DNA from: Nemertoderma westbladi
Taxonomy: Eukaryota; Animalia; Xenacoelomorpha
DNA: 51,128 nt
NCBI GenBank assembly: GCA_032718475.1
Contig: JAUCBJ010000104.1
Span: 1 to 51,128 of the forward strand
Reading direction: 5' to 3'
Shown here piece after piece: positions 21,092 to 36,000 of the stretch (positions are counted from its first letter, which is position 1; every line of letters starts with the position of its first letter). The notes beneath the pieces are model-generated. The model was given only the letters and a program-made list of their open reading frames with translations. It was not told where the DNA came from and ran no database searches. A program made the position numbers and the translations under genes.

Positions 21092-24000
21092 TTAGGCGTC
21101 TACCGGGACTCCGTTAGCCTTCTGGTAGACTCTGTGACCTCGGGGGTTGACTTCTGCGAAAGTGTACCCGTGTTTAGGTAGTTCCACTACCGGACACGGT
21201 CCTGTATTCTTAGCAGTGAAATCTGGAAAGAGAAGGAATGAATGAAAAACCAGTTAAACCATTAAACGCAGTTTCATCGAAACCATCACAGTTAAAACTT
21301 GGACCACTTTATTATTACATATCGGCCGCACACAACCAGGATGCATCGCCGGCCGACCCCGCATCGTAACACCTTCGCTATCACCCATATAAATCCACAA
21401 TTACAGTAATCTGAATTATCATGATCATAACTCATTTAGCAAAGACGTTTCAGTTATGTCAGTGGCTGACTACCTCTAGCCAACCGGCGGCTGTCATAGA
21501 ACAAGGTGATGCACGTTCTCTGATCACTTCTGTGACGGACAGTGACGGAAAAGCTCTTCCGAAGTGCCCGTAAGGTGACCCTCGGTAACTACCGATTTTG
21601 TTAAACACGTCGTTTATTTAGTGGGCTACGCAATGATCCATGATCAGAATCCTGTTGTATACACCATTGTATCACCAATGGATCTCGTATAATTTGCAGT
21701 CCAACAAGGACTGCAACAATTAATTGTTCTACAGTAGGCGTACTGCAGCCCAGAAAAATCACCCTTCTAAGAAGATAAGATTCCAGGTAATTTGTATATA
21801 CCCTTAATAGTTACGTCATGCAGACTACTACGTATTCCTTGTACATATTAGAATTCCAGATAGAGGGGGAGAGGGGGGGGGGGGGGGGGGGGGGGGGGGG
21901 TGCTTTCGACCCTATAAAAATTCATCCTTCTCCTGGAGACAATCGGCAAATAACAGATGATTACTCTCAAAAATTAAACTGTAACATGTTCTATAGACTT
22001 TAGTTTATAGTTTTGGTTAGAATAACTTGCAACTGTAACCTAGGCCCCTACTCATTTCCTTAAATGAATGATTTAGCAAAGAGGCGGGGTATTATTTATT
22101 ATCTCCCCCCTCCTTCCTGTCTCTAGAATTCAGATGCCATATAAGTATGTACTACAGTGTATAGTAATAAACAAGTTCACCAACCTATCCTATACAATGT
22201 ATTTCCTTCGAATTGGCCCCCTTCTTGGTAATAGGACTCAGGTTTATAGCTCTTCTGTGGTCCTATTGGCTGAGGGATGTAGTGGGCTCTGTAGGTTGCC
22301 ATACCTCCGAATGGTTCCTTGGGTTCTTGGTAGTCCTTGCGAGAGGGGTCCCCGCGGATCTTGTGACTTGTCGGCCAGCGGACAAAGTCTTGACTGTAAG
22401 AAACAAAGACAGTATAAAGTGTGGTGCAATAGATACAAATACATCCATATTTAACAAATTATACGATGTTACACTTTTGGGTTTGAGTCGTGTCCCCTCC
22501 TTCTGTTTAGGTAAAAAAAAAAACACAAAAAAAACAGCGCGATTTAATTAATTATCGTTTACTTACGTGTAATTAGTTCGTCCTTCAAAAGGTACGTCGA
22601 GTTTACGCGAAGAGTTGTCTGGCTTGAAGGATGTTCTCGAAGGCATGTTATGCTCCACAAAGGCTGTGTGATGGGTAGTTCGGAAATCATGAGTTCCTAA
22701 GGGACCAAGGTTTACGTAAATGAAGGAGAGTGGAGGTTATTAAAGCAAAGTTTTAATAAATCATATTAAATTCAACTTATAGACCTACCCAATGAAGATG
22801 TTATAATTTTTCATATGCATTATAATCTACAAATAAATACCCATGCCGTATAAATAAAATAGTATGAAACTAAACTAACCCTGTGGTTTAACCCACTCCT
22901 GCGGGCCCCTGCCTTGAGGTGGTCTCACATTCCATTGTATGTATTTATCACGTGACTCAGTCATGTCGTCCAATGGTTTGTCTGATTGCATAGCAGAGTG
23001 ACTAGGCTAAAAATAAAATATTAGATATCTGTTTATTGGCATATATTTAAATAAAATTATTTTAAATAGAGCAAATAATTTATGTAATATTTAGACTTTT
23101 CTTGACCAACTCGATTGAATCACTGCAGTATTTTCTTTAACTGTTGCGTCTCCTAGTTAGATAATGCGTTACTGTAGTATGATAACAATCTCCTGCTGGA
23201 TGATTAATATTATGCGGGAGTAAGATCCTATACCCCTGCCATAAATACAATTATAAAAAAAATAAAGTCACGAAAAATTAACCCAACACCATAAGAACCG
23301 CCACCATTGGGTAAGAGGGATTAAATAATTTACCGAAGACTCCAACAAGCCTGTCGATTTCTTAACTTTGATCACCTCAGGTTCAACAGCCAATTTCGGT
23401 CTATTACGGCGGCCCCCGGATATATTCTGCATCAAGAAAATCTTTATTTTAGAAATAATCCGAAAAATATATTAATATAAAATTTAGAAGAATATGATTT
23501 GATAATAATATTGTTTTACAAATAGTAAACTAAATATTATACAATAACACTAACAAAAATAATTATATTTATTATATGCCTTTACAGTAAGTAGGCCTAG
23601 TAATAAAAATTACCAACTTGTATTAGTTGATCAGCCAGAGTTACAGTTATTTTTGGATAACTACATAGGCAATTATTTAATAGAATTGTAGTCATAATAA
23701 GTTACTTTTAGTTAAATTTTTTAATAATAAAACCCTTAAAAAGTAGCATTTATAAAAGATTATAAAATATATATTTAATTATTTTAATCGGTGGTAGGCC
23801 TACATTATTTGTATACTTAATACTTATTAATAATACCAATTAGAACATAGATTATGGATTAGACAATGAATATATGTCCTCTCCCTCAGAAAAGTATATA
23901 TACACAATAGCACAACAATAAATAGACCCTCCAGTAATACATTAAATAAACCTCGCTGTAATATTAAAAAACGCCCGCCACCAAAGAGACATGGGGATTA

Positions 24001-27000
24001 AATAATTTACCGCAGACTCGAGCAACTCTGTTGATTTCTTAACTTCCATAACCTCCGATTCAACTGGTAAAACCGGCATATTTCGGCTCTCAACTAAATT
24101 CTGAATAAAAATATGCAAAGGATTTAATACACGAAATTAATATTACAGTCAGAATTAATAAATATGTAACATTATCGTTTTTTTTCAGAAATGGAAAAAA
24201 TTAATAAATACCTGATAAATAACCGATACCAGCCACCGATACATTAAACCTGCGTCGCCTTAAGCTGCCTTACATTGGATAATTCTTACTGTTAAGGCCC
24301 GGGTTACACATAAACATTCAACTTTCAACATTCAACTTTCAACATTCAACATCCAACATTCAACTTTCAACTATCAACTTCAAATAACTACTGTACATCC
24401 CGGTTCACTTCAAACATTCAACTTTCAGCTCATAAAAATTATTGTATATATTGCTTAGACGAGATATAAAGGGTTAAACAATTTTCAGTTGGCAGTTATA
24501 AAAATCTGTAGGCCTATTGTTTTAGAGATTATATGTGTTTTTTTTATTTTATTTAAAGTAATAATTGTTCATATGGATAACTAAATCGATGACGTAATAT
24601 TAACATAATTATGCCTTACATAGGCGGCGAAATTAACGCCGATATTGGGTTCACCCGATCAATCACGAAAGATTGTTGTACGGCGTTATCAGAAAACTTT
24701 ATCAAGATTTGCAGGCACATGTTATAAAAGAAATAAAGGAATTTTTTATTTATTATACAGTTACGAGAATGTCAATTCCATCCTTTGATGAATTGCTCTC
24801 ATCTATAGAACAGAACCGCATATATAGAGATAGCAAGTGGAGGAAGTCTATACCGGACTATGCAAACCTACTTCTAACTTTAAATATAAAGTATATAACG
24901 GATCTAGGACACTTCCCCCCCGGACACTTCCCCCCCGGACACTTCCCCCCCGCCCAAGTAGGACACTTCCCCCCCGGACACTTCCCCCCCGGACACTTGC
25001 CCCCCGGACACTTCCCCCCCAGTTAAAGTGTTAAAATTAATCTGGGTGCATCAAAGCAATAAACAAAAGTTAAAGATGGTTGGTTACAGGACAAGTTGTA
25101 TCTAGACAAGTTTTTTCAAAATTATAAAAGAAAAATTTTTATAGGCAAATTTTGTTTATTTTTCTTTTAATTCCTTTAATTCTAATTAATTGTTTAAAGA
25201 TTAGCAAACAATATGATGTAATTGAATTGATAAAACCCATAAATAAAACTTGGATATAAAATGTAAAATCGGGATGCAAAAGATCACTTTCTGAGCTACG
25301 AAAGGAAAATTGGATACAACTTATCTGGATACAGGCGGTCCGTTTACCTTACAAAATGAAAAATACGAATGTGCGAAGTTAAGAACAGTCGGGGGGGAAG
25401 TGTCCGCGGGGGGGAAGTGTCCGGGGGGGAAGTGTCCGCGGGGGGGAAGTGTCTGGGGGGGAAGTGTCCGGGGGGGAAGTGTCCTACTTGAGCGGGGGTG
25501 AACTGTCCGGGGGGGAAGTGTCCGGGGGGGAAGTGTCCGAACACCGTATATAACATAAACTTATGTTATACTGTAGCTGCTATAATTTATAAACATTACT
25601 TCTGATTGGCTGTCAATGCTGGAAATGCCAGCTTTCCACTTTCAAGTAAGATAGAACATAGGACTAGTGCACTTTGAAAGTTGAGAGTTGCATGTTGAAG
25701 AAAGTTGACTGTTTATGTGTGAACGTCCCCATAGGCTACAATATGTTCTATCTTTTAATTGAAACTTGTATGTTGAAAGCTCATGTGTTACCCGGGCCTA
25801 AGCAATGAGGAGCTCTAAAATTTGAGTGGCATCCCATTACTGAAACCCAGATTCACCCTGCAATCTCAAGCCTTACAGATAGTGGGTACTATATAACACA
25901 CTAAACTATTACACCTGACACCAATACAAAAAAACAATCCTAATTATTATGTGAAAAATATCCTCTAACATTTGTGGAGATTATTAAATTTCCTAGCAGT
26001 GAAATTGCCTAATTTTTGCATCAGATACTTTAATTTATTGGGTAATTTTTGATGCAATTAAAAAATACATGACACTTCTAGTTACGGAGATATAGCTCAA
26101 TTAATTTGCGACAACTCAGGCTAAATGTATTCCATTCCCATTGAATCAGACCTTATTGCAAAATTAATTAAATTATTCTGAAACTTCACTTTTTTTATCC
26201 TTATCCTCCACTACTCTACCTTACTGTAATGACATTTAATATTATTATATGCCAATTTCTTTAGGATTTCAAGCAACAATGTTCCACTACAAATATTTTT
26301 TGGAGAACGGGATACTAGTCACACATTTGGCACTACTTTCACAATTTTTCAATAAGCCACTCCACACCACAGCATAGTAGTAGATAAACTTTTGGTAAAA
26401 ATAAACCAAAGGGCTAACTCTGAAGCGATAGCAGCCAATGAGTGACGCCGTTGCCATTATGCCAGCCATATATTGGTGAAGGGTCACTTTTTATATGCTG
26501 ATGGGCCACTGCCAAATCTTGGGGAGGGAGGGGCTGTCACCGATCTACAATACTATATCATTATGGTTAGGATTTATTATGATTAGGAATTTATGTTTGG
26601 TTTTACGTTAGATTGATTGTACTATACACATTAATCCATTATTCTAGCTATTAAATTTCAAATTCAAATATTTAATTGGTTATTAGGCCTATTGATATTT
26701 AGATCCTAAAATGGAATCGAAGAAAACCCGTTTCATCATAGTATGGTATGGTATTATTCATTATAATATAGTAATGGTAATGATATATGTGTTATATTCC
26801 TGTTTACCTTCATATATTTTGACAACAACGGCCCTCTAGGGAGGGAATGCGAAACGAAAGTTCAGATGTTGCGAATAACACCCAACGTCGCCAACCAATG
26901 AAACGGAACTCACACAACAGTCCATGATAAGATATAGGGAATCCAAGTGTATGTCAATGTCAAAAGGCAGCGAAAAGATTAGCATACTTATCGTGAATAT

Positions 27001-30000
27001 ATGAAGAACTGTGAGGCCAGTAACCAGCGGGATACTCACAGATAATCTTGGGTGTCTCTGGGGGCAATACATTAAATTAGTGACGGATTTTTGCTGGGTT
27101 ATGAAGATGAGCGATCGATAGACAAATAGATAGAGCAAGACAGTTCCATATTGATTTCGTTTTGGGTGATTTTATTGACACCTACAGTACCAAAATACCC
27201 ACACTGAAGCTAATGGTGTCAAATGATTGGTCAGGAAACTATTTAACTTTCATTGGCTCTGGAGATTTTGCTCAACCCTCCATTCTGGTACGGGATTGAC
27301 CACCATTATGTTTTCTTGCGAAGGATCTTATACCGAGTTCCGTACCATACAATTTTGCATAATGCGTATGAAGCAAACGACACGGGTATGACACTCGGAC
27401 AGAGGTACGACACCTGTAAATGGGATCGATTTATTGTATTGCCATCCATGGCATACAAGAATTACAATTTAGAATGTTCTGGAACGGGGTGTTTGACTAT
27501 CAATACAATGATAGACTATAAAGTGTCATTTTTACATAGTTACTGTGGCATCCATATTCTTAATAATATTAATCTTAACCATCTTTGCTTCTCAAGTCCT
27601 GTCCTTACTGTAGTAGGCCCCTACATTCTATTAAAAGTAATTGACTTATATGCAGTCATACAGTAGCTGATAACAACTGAATAGTGTCTCAAGAAGATTA
27701 TTGCGTAGTTTAGATTTAAATGCCAATTCCGAACGACCAACACAGTAGCCTACACTTTATTTGATCCCAATCTCAGTCAAATTCTGTATTAGGCCCATCT
27801 GTAAATAAACCAATATACCTTAACAATCCCATATTGAGAGATGGAATTTTACTCTAGAATCATATCATTTTTGCATAAGATTTTATTCCGCTACTAAATA
27901 AAGTAACATAATGAATGTAATTACTCAAAAACTCACAGTAAGCGCAACACTCAAGCCAAAACTACTAAACAATAAACATATAGCCTAATTTAACATGAAC
28001 TTGTAATATACCCAACATGAAACCAAAAACACCGATCACACAAAATTTACCGTAGACTCCAGCAAGTCGGTAGTTTTCGTCACTTCAATCACCCCAGTGT
28101 CAACTGGTAAAATATGATTTTTCTGACTAGCATCAAAATTCTATATGAAAAACAATACAATACAGTTAGGCCTACTGTACTGTACTGTAAGGGTGAAAGA
28201 AATTATGGTCGTATTTAACAAAGAGATTGCTTTTAAGACAAAAGGTCGCCTTGAAAATAAGCAATCTATTTTTGGGATAAATTCAAAGTCATTTCTACGT
28301 TATCACGTATGTTTCTTAAGTATAATTTGAAGATAAATTCCATTAAATCTACAGAACTTTCCTGCCGAATCACCTAATTTCTTGTATAATATTTGATATC
28401 GCCAATCAAACAAACAACACATGGGGGGTTAATCAACAAATTAAGTGGAAATATTTAAAATTACAACCAAAGTTACTAAGCAATAATTACAATTTAACAC
28501 ACTTCAAAAATACATACACATATTTAACCAGCACCATGATCACATAAAATTTACCGTGGCCTCTAGCACTTCGGAAGTTTTCGTCACTTCAACTACTTCA
28601 GAATCAACAGGCAAATTTTGTTTTCTTTGAATACCATCAAAATTCTGTATTAAAAATATTAAAATAAAAAAACAATGCAGATTGTTAAGACGAAAGACCC
28701 TATATTATGGAATAATTTTAACAAGTTAAATTTGTTTAATTAGTTTGTTTTGCAAATTTAATTTAAAAATAAATCAATTAAAATCGACATAAGAATATTA
28801 TTATAGAAGTTCGATCTATTCAGTGTCGGTTATTGAGTTTCCTATTTGATTGTTGTGTTGAATACAAATTCCACATTTTGTGCTCTAAAATAATTATATC
28901 AAAACAATATTAATCAATTTATAAATTTAACAATCAACAAAAAAATTATATAATATTCACCAATACAGCATAATAACATTAAAACATAAATATAATAAAT
29001 AATAACAATAAAACAAATATACCGTCTCCAAACAATAAGCTTATTTGGTGTTTTACATAAATTGGTTGCAGAAAGTAAGCCTGTTAATATAATTTAGAAA
29101 TTAAAATTAAAATTCAATTGACCTATTAATTGTATCCATAATAAAGGACCTTCTGTGTCTACTACTGCACTGGTGCAATCTATACACTGTGCTGTATTAT
29201 AATATTAATGTATGTTTGATTGAGACTAAATACTTATGGAGAGATGTCCGACAAAAAATCGACTTAGGGCCTTATGACACTTAAGCTACGATATATTACA
29301 GAATATCAATATACAGTATATACTGTAGGCCTACATTTTACCTATTCATAGGTAATCCATAATCATCCTTTATTAAGCTATTTAATTAAATAATATCAGT
29401 TGTATTTATTTATACCATAGCTGAGGGCGGGGAGGTGGCCGACATTCCTGAAATGCCTGCAAAAAATACTCAAGTCAAGGCAAAAAGTGAGATGTTGCGT
29501 TGTGGAAGCACTCACAATGCATCATAACACAGAGAGGCCATTTATCTGTGTATGTAATGTTATTAAAAAATAGTACATTGTGGGTTCTTCAAGAAATACC
29601 ATTTCCAGAAATAATCGGAAAGAGTCAGGGGGGAAGTTAACAGGTTACAGTATTATTTTTGCGTGTAATCAGCTGTTATTTGTATCTTCCACTGCAGAGG
29701 CAGGCATGCATTTTCATTGCGTCAAATAACCGCCCCAATCTGCCTAAATGACAATTTATCTAAAATTAACATCTATGTTAGCTTATTCAATCCCGCCAAC
29801 ACCCCATAAAGTTATTAGCCGATAAGCAATATTGGGAGCCACGAGATTGGGTAATTAACCAACTCGCGCCATCCCAATAAGAATGGGAAGGAAGCACACA
29901 ATAGAGGGTCAGGGGCCAAACCCCTAACCCAGAGAGAACAAGTGGAGTGAACGGGAATACTCCACGGGGCGCCAACAAGGGTATTAACCAATCAGAGGGG

Positions 30001-33000
30001 GGAATGGCATCGATTGAGTAGCAGTAAGGCCACCGTGCAATATAACCAATAACCTATTAATCAGTGATTCAGTTATCTCAGTGCAGCAGTGCTAGCGTAG
30101 GGTACAGCCAATTAGTTTAGTTAGGGGATCACGGGACTTTAGTTACCGTATCCCGCCTTGTACACATTCACAACATATCTATATCTTATAACCTCTTATT
30201 ATACACCGAACTTCAGAACTCAATTATCTTTACTTCACCCTTACACACGGCGGGGACGCGTGGACTAAATACCACACCGGATAAATCGGGATCCCTCCTG
30301 GATCCCGTCACAGTAACTAAAACCGAGCTGCCGCCCTAGTTAAACTCAAAGAACTCCACCCTAGCTAGTCGAACTCCACCGAGCAGACGAGATGAGTAAA
30401 TCGGGCGAGACACCGCGGACCCCGGACGAAGATCAAACGATCCGCGAGGCCGCGACCAAGCGATACAGGCCCACGACGCCGGAGCCATCGATAACGGGCG
30501 AACCGGAAGTCCAGGACGAGGAGGGCCTGGAACCCGAAGTCGAACCAAGAGAGAAAGAGAGCGAGATGGAGGGAGATGGAGACGAGTCGACACGAGAGGG
30601 AGAACGGCACGCCGATGTCGCCGGCCAGCTACCGGCCGAGGGCGACGAGCGGCCCACCGAAACGGCGACGGTGGGGCCGACGGTGCGACGCCGGACACGA
30701 AGAGACGGAGGAGAGATCGGTACCGATGTCGCCGGCCAGCTACAGGCCGAGGGCGACGGACGGCCCACCGGAACGGCGACGGTGGAGCCGCCGGTACGAC
30801 GTCGAACCCGGAGGGACGAAGGAGAGGTCGGCGACGAGGACGTCGGGGTTTCTGAGCGACTTCGACGGGCCTACAACGCGACCCGGAAGCTGACAAACGA
30901 CGCCAAGAAGGAAGGGGCGAAGGTAGACGAGGTGAGACTGAGAAAGCGACTAGGTGAGTCGGATAAACACTTAAATTACCTAATACGTTTTGAGCAGAGA
31001 GAACTGGCCGGGGAGAGAGCAGAAAGGATAGCCGGCGAACTGTTTGAACTATGGGAGTGTGGGAGTATGGGACCTAGCGTAGCGCCAGTGTACATAGGGC
31101 CATACTTGGTCGATGCCCGGGGAGTGAAACCAGTGGGTTGGAAGGGACCTGAAGAGGGCGAATCCGAGGTTAACACCGAGGATTCGGCCTCGTCGGTCGG
31201 AGAAAGCTCCGAAAAGGGGGAGAAAGCTAGTAGGTCGGGAAGGCGGGGGAAGTCCGTCGTAACCGATAAGTCTGCTACATCCTCCGCGAAAGAAAGAGCG
31301 GTGAGAAAAATAGGAGCCACATACCGTCTCAGCATGGCAGAGCAAGGTCAGAGAGAAATGAAGGAACGGCTAGAGGAGGGAAGAGTGCGGTTAGAGAGGG
31401 AAACGGTATTGCTTAGAGAAACCGGAGAAAGGGCCGAAAGGGCTTTGAAAAGCCTAAGGGAGTATGATGAGATAGAGGAAAGGGAGTGTAGGGAGCGTGA
31501 AGCGAGAGAGGAAAAGGAACGCGAGGAGCGTGAAGCGAGAGAGGAAAAGGAACGCGAGGAGCGTGAGGCGAGAATGGAAAAGGAACGCGAGGAGCGTGAG
31601 GCGAGAATGGAAAAGGAACGCAAGGAGCGTGAGGCGGAACGCAAGGAACGTGAGGCGGGAATGGAAAAGGAACGCAAGGAACGTGAGGCGGGAAAGGAAA
31701 AGGAACGCAAGGAGCGTGAGGCGAGGAAGGAAGAGGAACGTAAAGAGCGTGGGGCGAGACGAAGGGAGAGCATTAAGAGTGCCGCAGACTCGGCCATCAA
31801 GGACACCCAGGAGCGTGAGGGGATAGTGGCAAAGGGTGAAAGGGAGCGTAAGGAATTAAAGGAACGGCAGAGTGAGTATGCAAAAAATATAATTAGAGGG
31901 ACGCACGAGTTGGAATACGTGCAAGTGGGACCGCCGTCTGAAAGAGGGGCCGGCTCGAGTATTTTTGAGGAGCCGAGGGCCGTAGACGTATTTGTTAATA
32001 CTCCACTGACAGGGACCGCACGACAGACTCAAGACTGGTGCGACCGTACGAGCGGGGGGGGGTAATAATAATAATAATGGTACAGTAGACGTTGTCGATA
32101 TTAATAGTACCGTATGGGATAACGCTAATCAAACCTTTATTACAGGAAATACTTTGCCTGGTGGTAGTAATTTAAATTTAAATCAGAACAATCCCAGTGT
32201 TAATGTAGGAAATAATCCTAATATTAATGTAGTTACGCAAAATAATTCAAATAATCAAAATAATAACTCGAATTCGGACCTACAAAATAACTTAAATAAC
32301 GCAATTACACAGAATAATTCAAATAATGATCTTAGCCCGAATTTACAAAATAATTCAGATAACGTAGTCGCGCAGAATAATACAAATGATTTTGTTTCAA
32401 ATGAGCAAATTAATTCCGTTTCCAATATGGGTGCTATTAGTGTAGACACGTCGGGCCTACGTAACCAGGGAGCAGAGGGCCTGGTAGGCCACGTAGTTAG
32501 TAGACAGGGAGCAGAGGGCCTGGTAGGCCGCGTAGTTGGTAGGCAGGGAGTAGAGGGCCTGGAAGGCCACGCAATAGCAGAGGGAGAGGCGGGGGTGAAC
32601 AGACCCGACTGTGGTAGGGTTGATGTGTCGACTAGAGAGATATATAGTAGCGGGACGAGAGGTAGCGAAGTTAAATTTAGCGAGTGGGGGGGGGGCTACG
32701 AGCACCCCACAACAGAAAGTTAGCGGCGAGAGGGGGGGGGGGCAGAGAGTGTCCCACAGCCGTCAGCGGACAATGCGAGGGCCGAACAAGGTAAACCGCA
32801 ACAACCGGCGACGGAGAGTAATAGGGGGACTGCGAGTATCCCCGGCGACGTGCGATCGAGCAGAGAAGGACAGGTTGACGTCGCGGGAGGGCAGACGGAG
32901 CGTCGAGCCCGATTAGAGGAGGAAAGAAGAACAGTGGGGTTTAACCGGGAGGTCGACGAGAGATCTCGTGAGCGGGAATATTCCACTGATAGGAGAAGAG

Positions 33001-36000
33001 AGGAAGACAGTAGTAGAAGTATCGCCGCAAACGATAGAAGAGCGAGGACGGACAGCGAGCCGTCGGTAGTCGAGATGAGAACGGAGAGTCAGTGGGGTCG
33101 GACTCCGGGAGATTGCCGTCGCCCCGGAGGGATACGATCCGGTGAGACGCATTACACGCCGAGAGAGGGGTACGCGATGTACCGGTACGAAGATGAAAAC
33201 AGTGGAGAGGGGGGTCGAAGAGAAACTTTCCGACGGAATATACCTACCGATCGAGAATACGGTAGCCGCGGGGAGGATTATTCGAGAAGAATAAACTTCG
33301 ATCCCGAGCAACACATGCAGACTGTAGGGCATACTGTAGGTCTTACTGCACATACCGTAGGCCATACTGAGAGAGGCAATGTAGGCGATAGGATAGCGCG
33401 GACAACGGGATTAAACCCGGAAGTCGCGGAATACATACCGGCGAGTAGGCCAGAAGCTGATAGGCCTATACCGGTACCAGCACAGCAGTATGACTACAGC
33501 ATGCAGGGACATAACATATACCCAGGGGAGGGGGGAATTATTGCGGATAGGTGTATGGGCCCCAACATATTAACATCAACCCCAGTACCAGACATACCGG
33601 TGGGGGGGGGACAGGGTGACATTCCCCCATCACGATATCAACAATATACCCCGACAGGAACAAGAACAATGAGACCCCTAGATGAAAACAGGTCGTGTGA
33701 TACAGACATATGGAGGGGGCCGCTACCCCCGATGACATATCCGAGTCAGAGAAGATCAAGAAATAGGACGGACGAACCGCACCAGACAAGGGAAACTATA
33801 CAGCACCCGTCGAATCCATTAGAAGCGCAGGCAATGGGGATGGCCACGATGATCGATGCGTTGAAAACGAGGATCGAATTACCACCCGTGGAACCGTTCA
33901 AATTCGATGGGAGCAGGCCGGAAGAATACTTACAGTTTCGGCGAATGTATAGTAACGAAATACTAACAAAAAACTTGACGCAGGCGGAGTGCCTAAAGTA
34001 TCTACAAGTGTACACGGGAGGCCCAGCATACGATATCGTGAGGCAATACCAAGGAATAGAGGGCGGCTTCACGACAGCATGGCGGGCACTGGATAGGGAA
34101 TACGGGCACCCGGCCAAGATCATCAGGCAGACGCTGAGAGGCATAACATCGGGTGGCCTACAGGATAATCCCGTTAGCATTAAGACGTTTGCTAACAAAG
34201 TCGAGAAGGCGCTGATCGTGCTGAAGACGCTAGACGCGCCATACGAACTCAACGCGTCCAATAACATCACCACGATAGCGCAGGCACTACCGAGCTGGCT
34301 GCGCAACAAATGGAGGAAGATCGCTTTCTCCACCCGAGACAAGAAGGGTGCGGAACCAGGTTTAGAAGAAATGTCAAACTTCTTAAATTACGAGGCTGAA
34401 CTAATAACGGACCCAGTTTATAGTGAAGATAGCCTGGGAAATGGACCAAAGACAGATCATTACAGGCCCAAACCAGAGCACAATACATCGAACGCGTTAC
34501 CGAGACTCAGGCAATCATTGCCATATGCAGCGACGCAGGGGACTGCAAGTCCACAGACAAGCGAAGATAAGACAACATCAAGGGACGGACAGGGGAACAA
34601 TAACAACATGAATAAACATAACCCCAGTACGTCCAGTAGGTCAAACCCAGTCAATAAGAATAGTAGGGACTTTGGTACGAATATAACTGCGATACGCAAT
34701 GCATTATATAAAGAGGGCTACGACCCAAAGAGCAAATGCCAGTTACACGCAAATGCGCTTCATAAAACCATGAACTGCAGGTACTGGCAGGCGCTACCGA
34801 GGCAAGACCAGATAGATTACGCGTCGAGCAATAAAATCTGCTCGCGATGTGTGAAGAGTGGACACAAGGCCAGGGAATGCCAAGAGAAACCGGTCAAGTT
34901 TGGCCAAAGGAGAGGCCAGACGATGGCAACGAGCACAGTAGGGGCGAAGAAGAGAGGAACAGTGCTACTTGGAGTAGTACCAGTACGAGTGATCGGGGAA
35001 GGCAATCGATCAGTAACAACACTAATGCTGGTTGATAGTGGAGCTGCCTTCACATTAGTTGAGGAATGGGTAGCCGAAGAAATAGGGTTGAGAACGAGGC
35101 CAAGCAGGATGGCGGTGACAACCATCTCTAGTAAAGACGAGATCCTAGAGATGAGGACAGGACGGTGCGCAATTGCAGCAGTGGCACCAGGATGCGATTA
35201 TGGGGCAACCATCGACCCCATCCAAGTAATAGAGTCAATTAACATCAATGCCAGGCGGCCAACCAACATCGAGGTCGAGCAATACAAATTCCTGGATAAC
35301 ATTGACTTCTCAATCCCAAACGTGGACGTTAGGAAGGTATCCATCATAGTAGGCATGGACTGCCCAACGGCCCACGAGAGAATGCAAACGGTCTTCGGCG
35401 AAGACAAGCAGAGCGACCCGGTGGCCATATTAACGCCATTCGGGTGGACGCTGAGTGGTCCAATTAAGAGCAAGATACCATTCAGGATGTCGGAGACATC
35501 AGGATGCATGTTCGCGGGAACAATGCAGGAAATGGGTGACGAGGGAGCAGAGGAGCAGCTTAAAAGACTGCTCAGACAGGACTTCGAGGGACTGAAAGAG
35601 ACCGGGGTCGGGACCTCGGTAGAAGACAAGCAGGCTCTACAAAGTGTGGAGGAATCGATGACGTGTGATGAGGGGCGGTATACAATAGGAATGGTGTGGA
35701 AACTACCGAAGATACCGCTACCCGATAATAGAGGGATGGTACTCACGAGACTCCGCAAGCTGAAACAAACACTACAACGGAGTCCCGAGAAGAACGAGTA
35801 CATTCACAAAACCATTAAGAAGTACGTCGAGAAAGGATGGGCCGTGGAGTTACCGGTCGACGAACCGAACACGGACAGGACATACTACCTGCCACTCCAC
35901 GTAGCTTTAGACCCAAAGAAAGGTAAACTTAGGATGGTAGTCGATGCATCGGCAAAGACCGACGGAAAGTGCTTAAACGATTACCTACTAGAGGGCCCAA

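Noticed and set aside
22305-22305. Splice donor GTATGG ending the SAXO exon early
   Set aside because: Reading through gives further Mn-like repeats and a phase-compatible donor at 22185.
24673-25556. GHFPP-repeat proteins
   Set aside because: Derived from GGACACTTCCCCCC subterminal repeats of MITE C.
29414-29745. Additional small SAXO exons
   Set aside because: AG/GT sites exist but phases do not fit neighbouring exons or frames contain stops.
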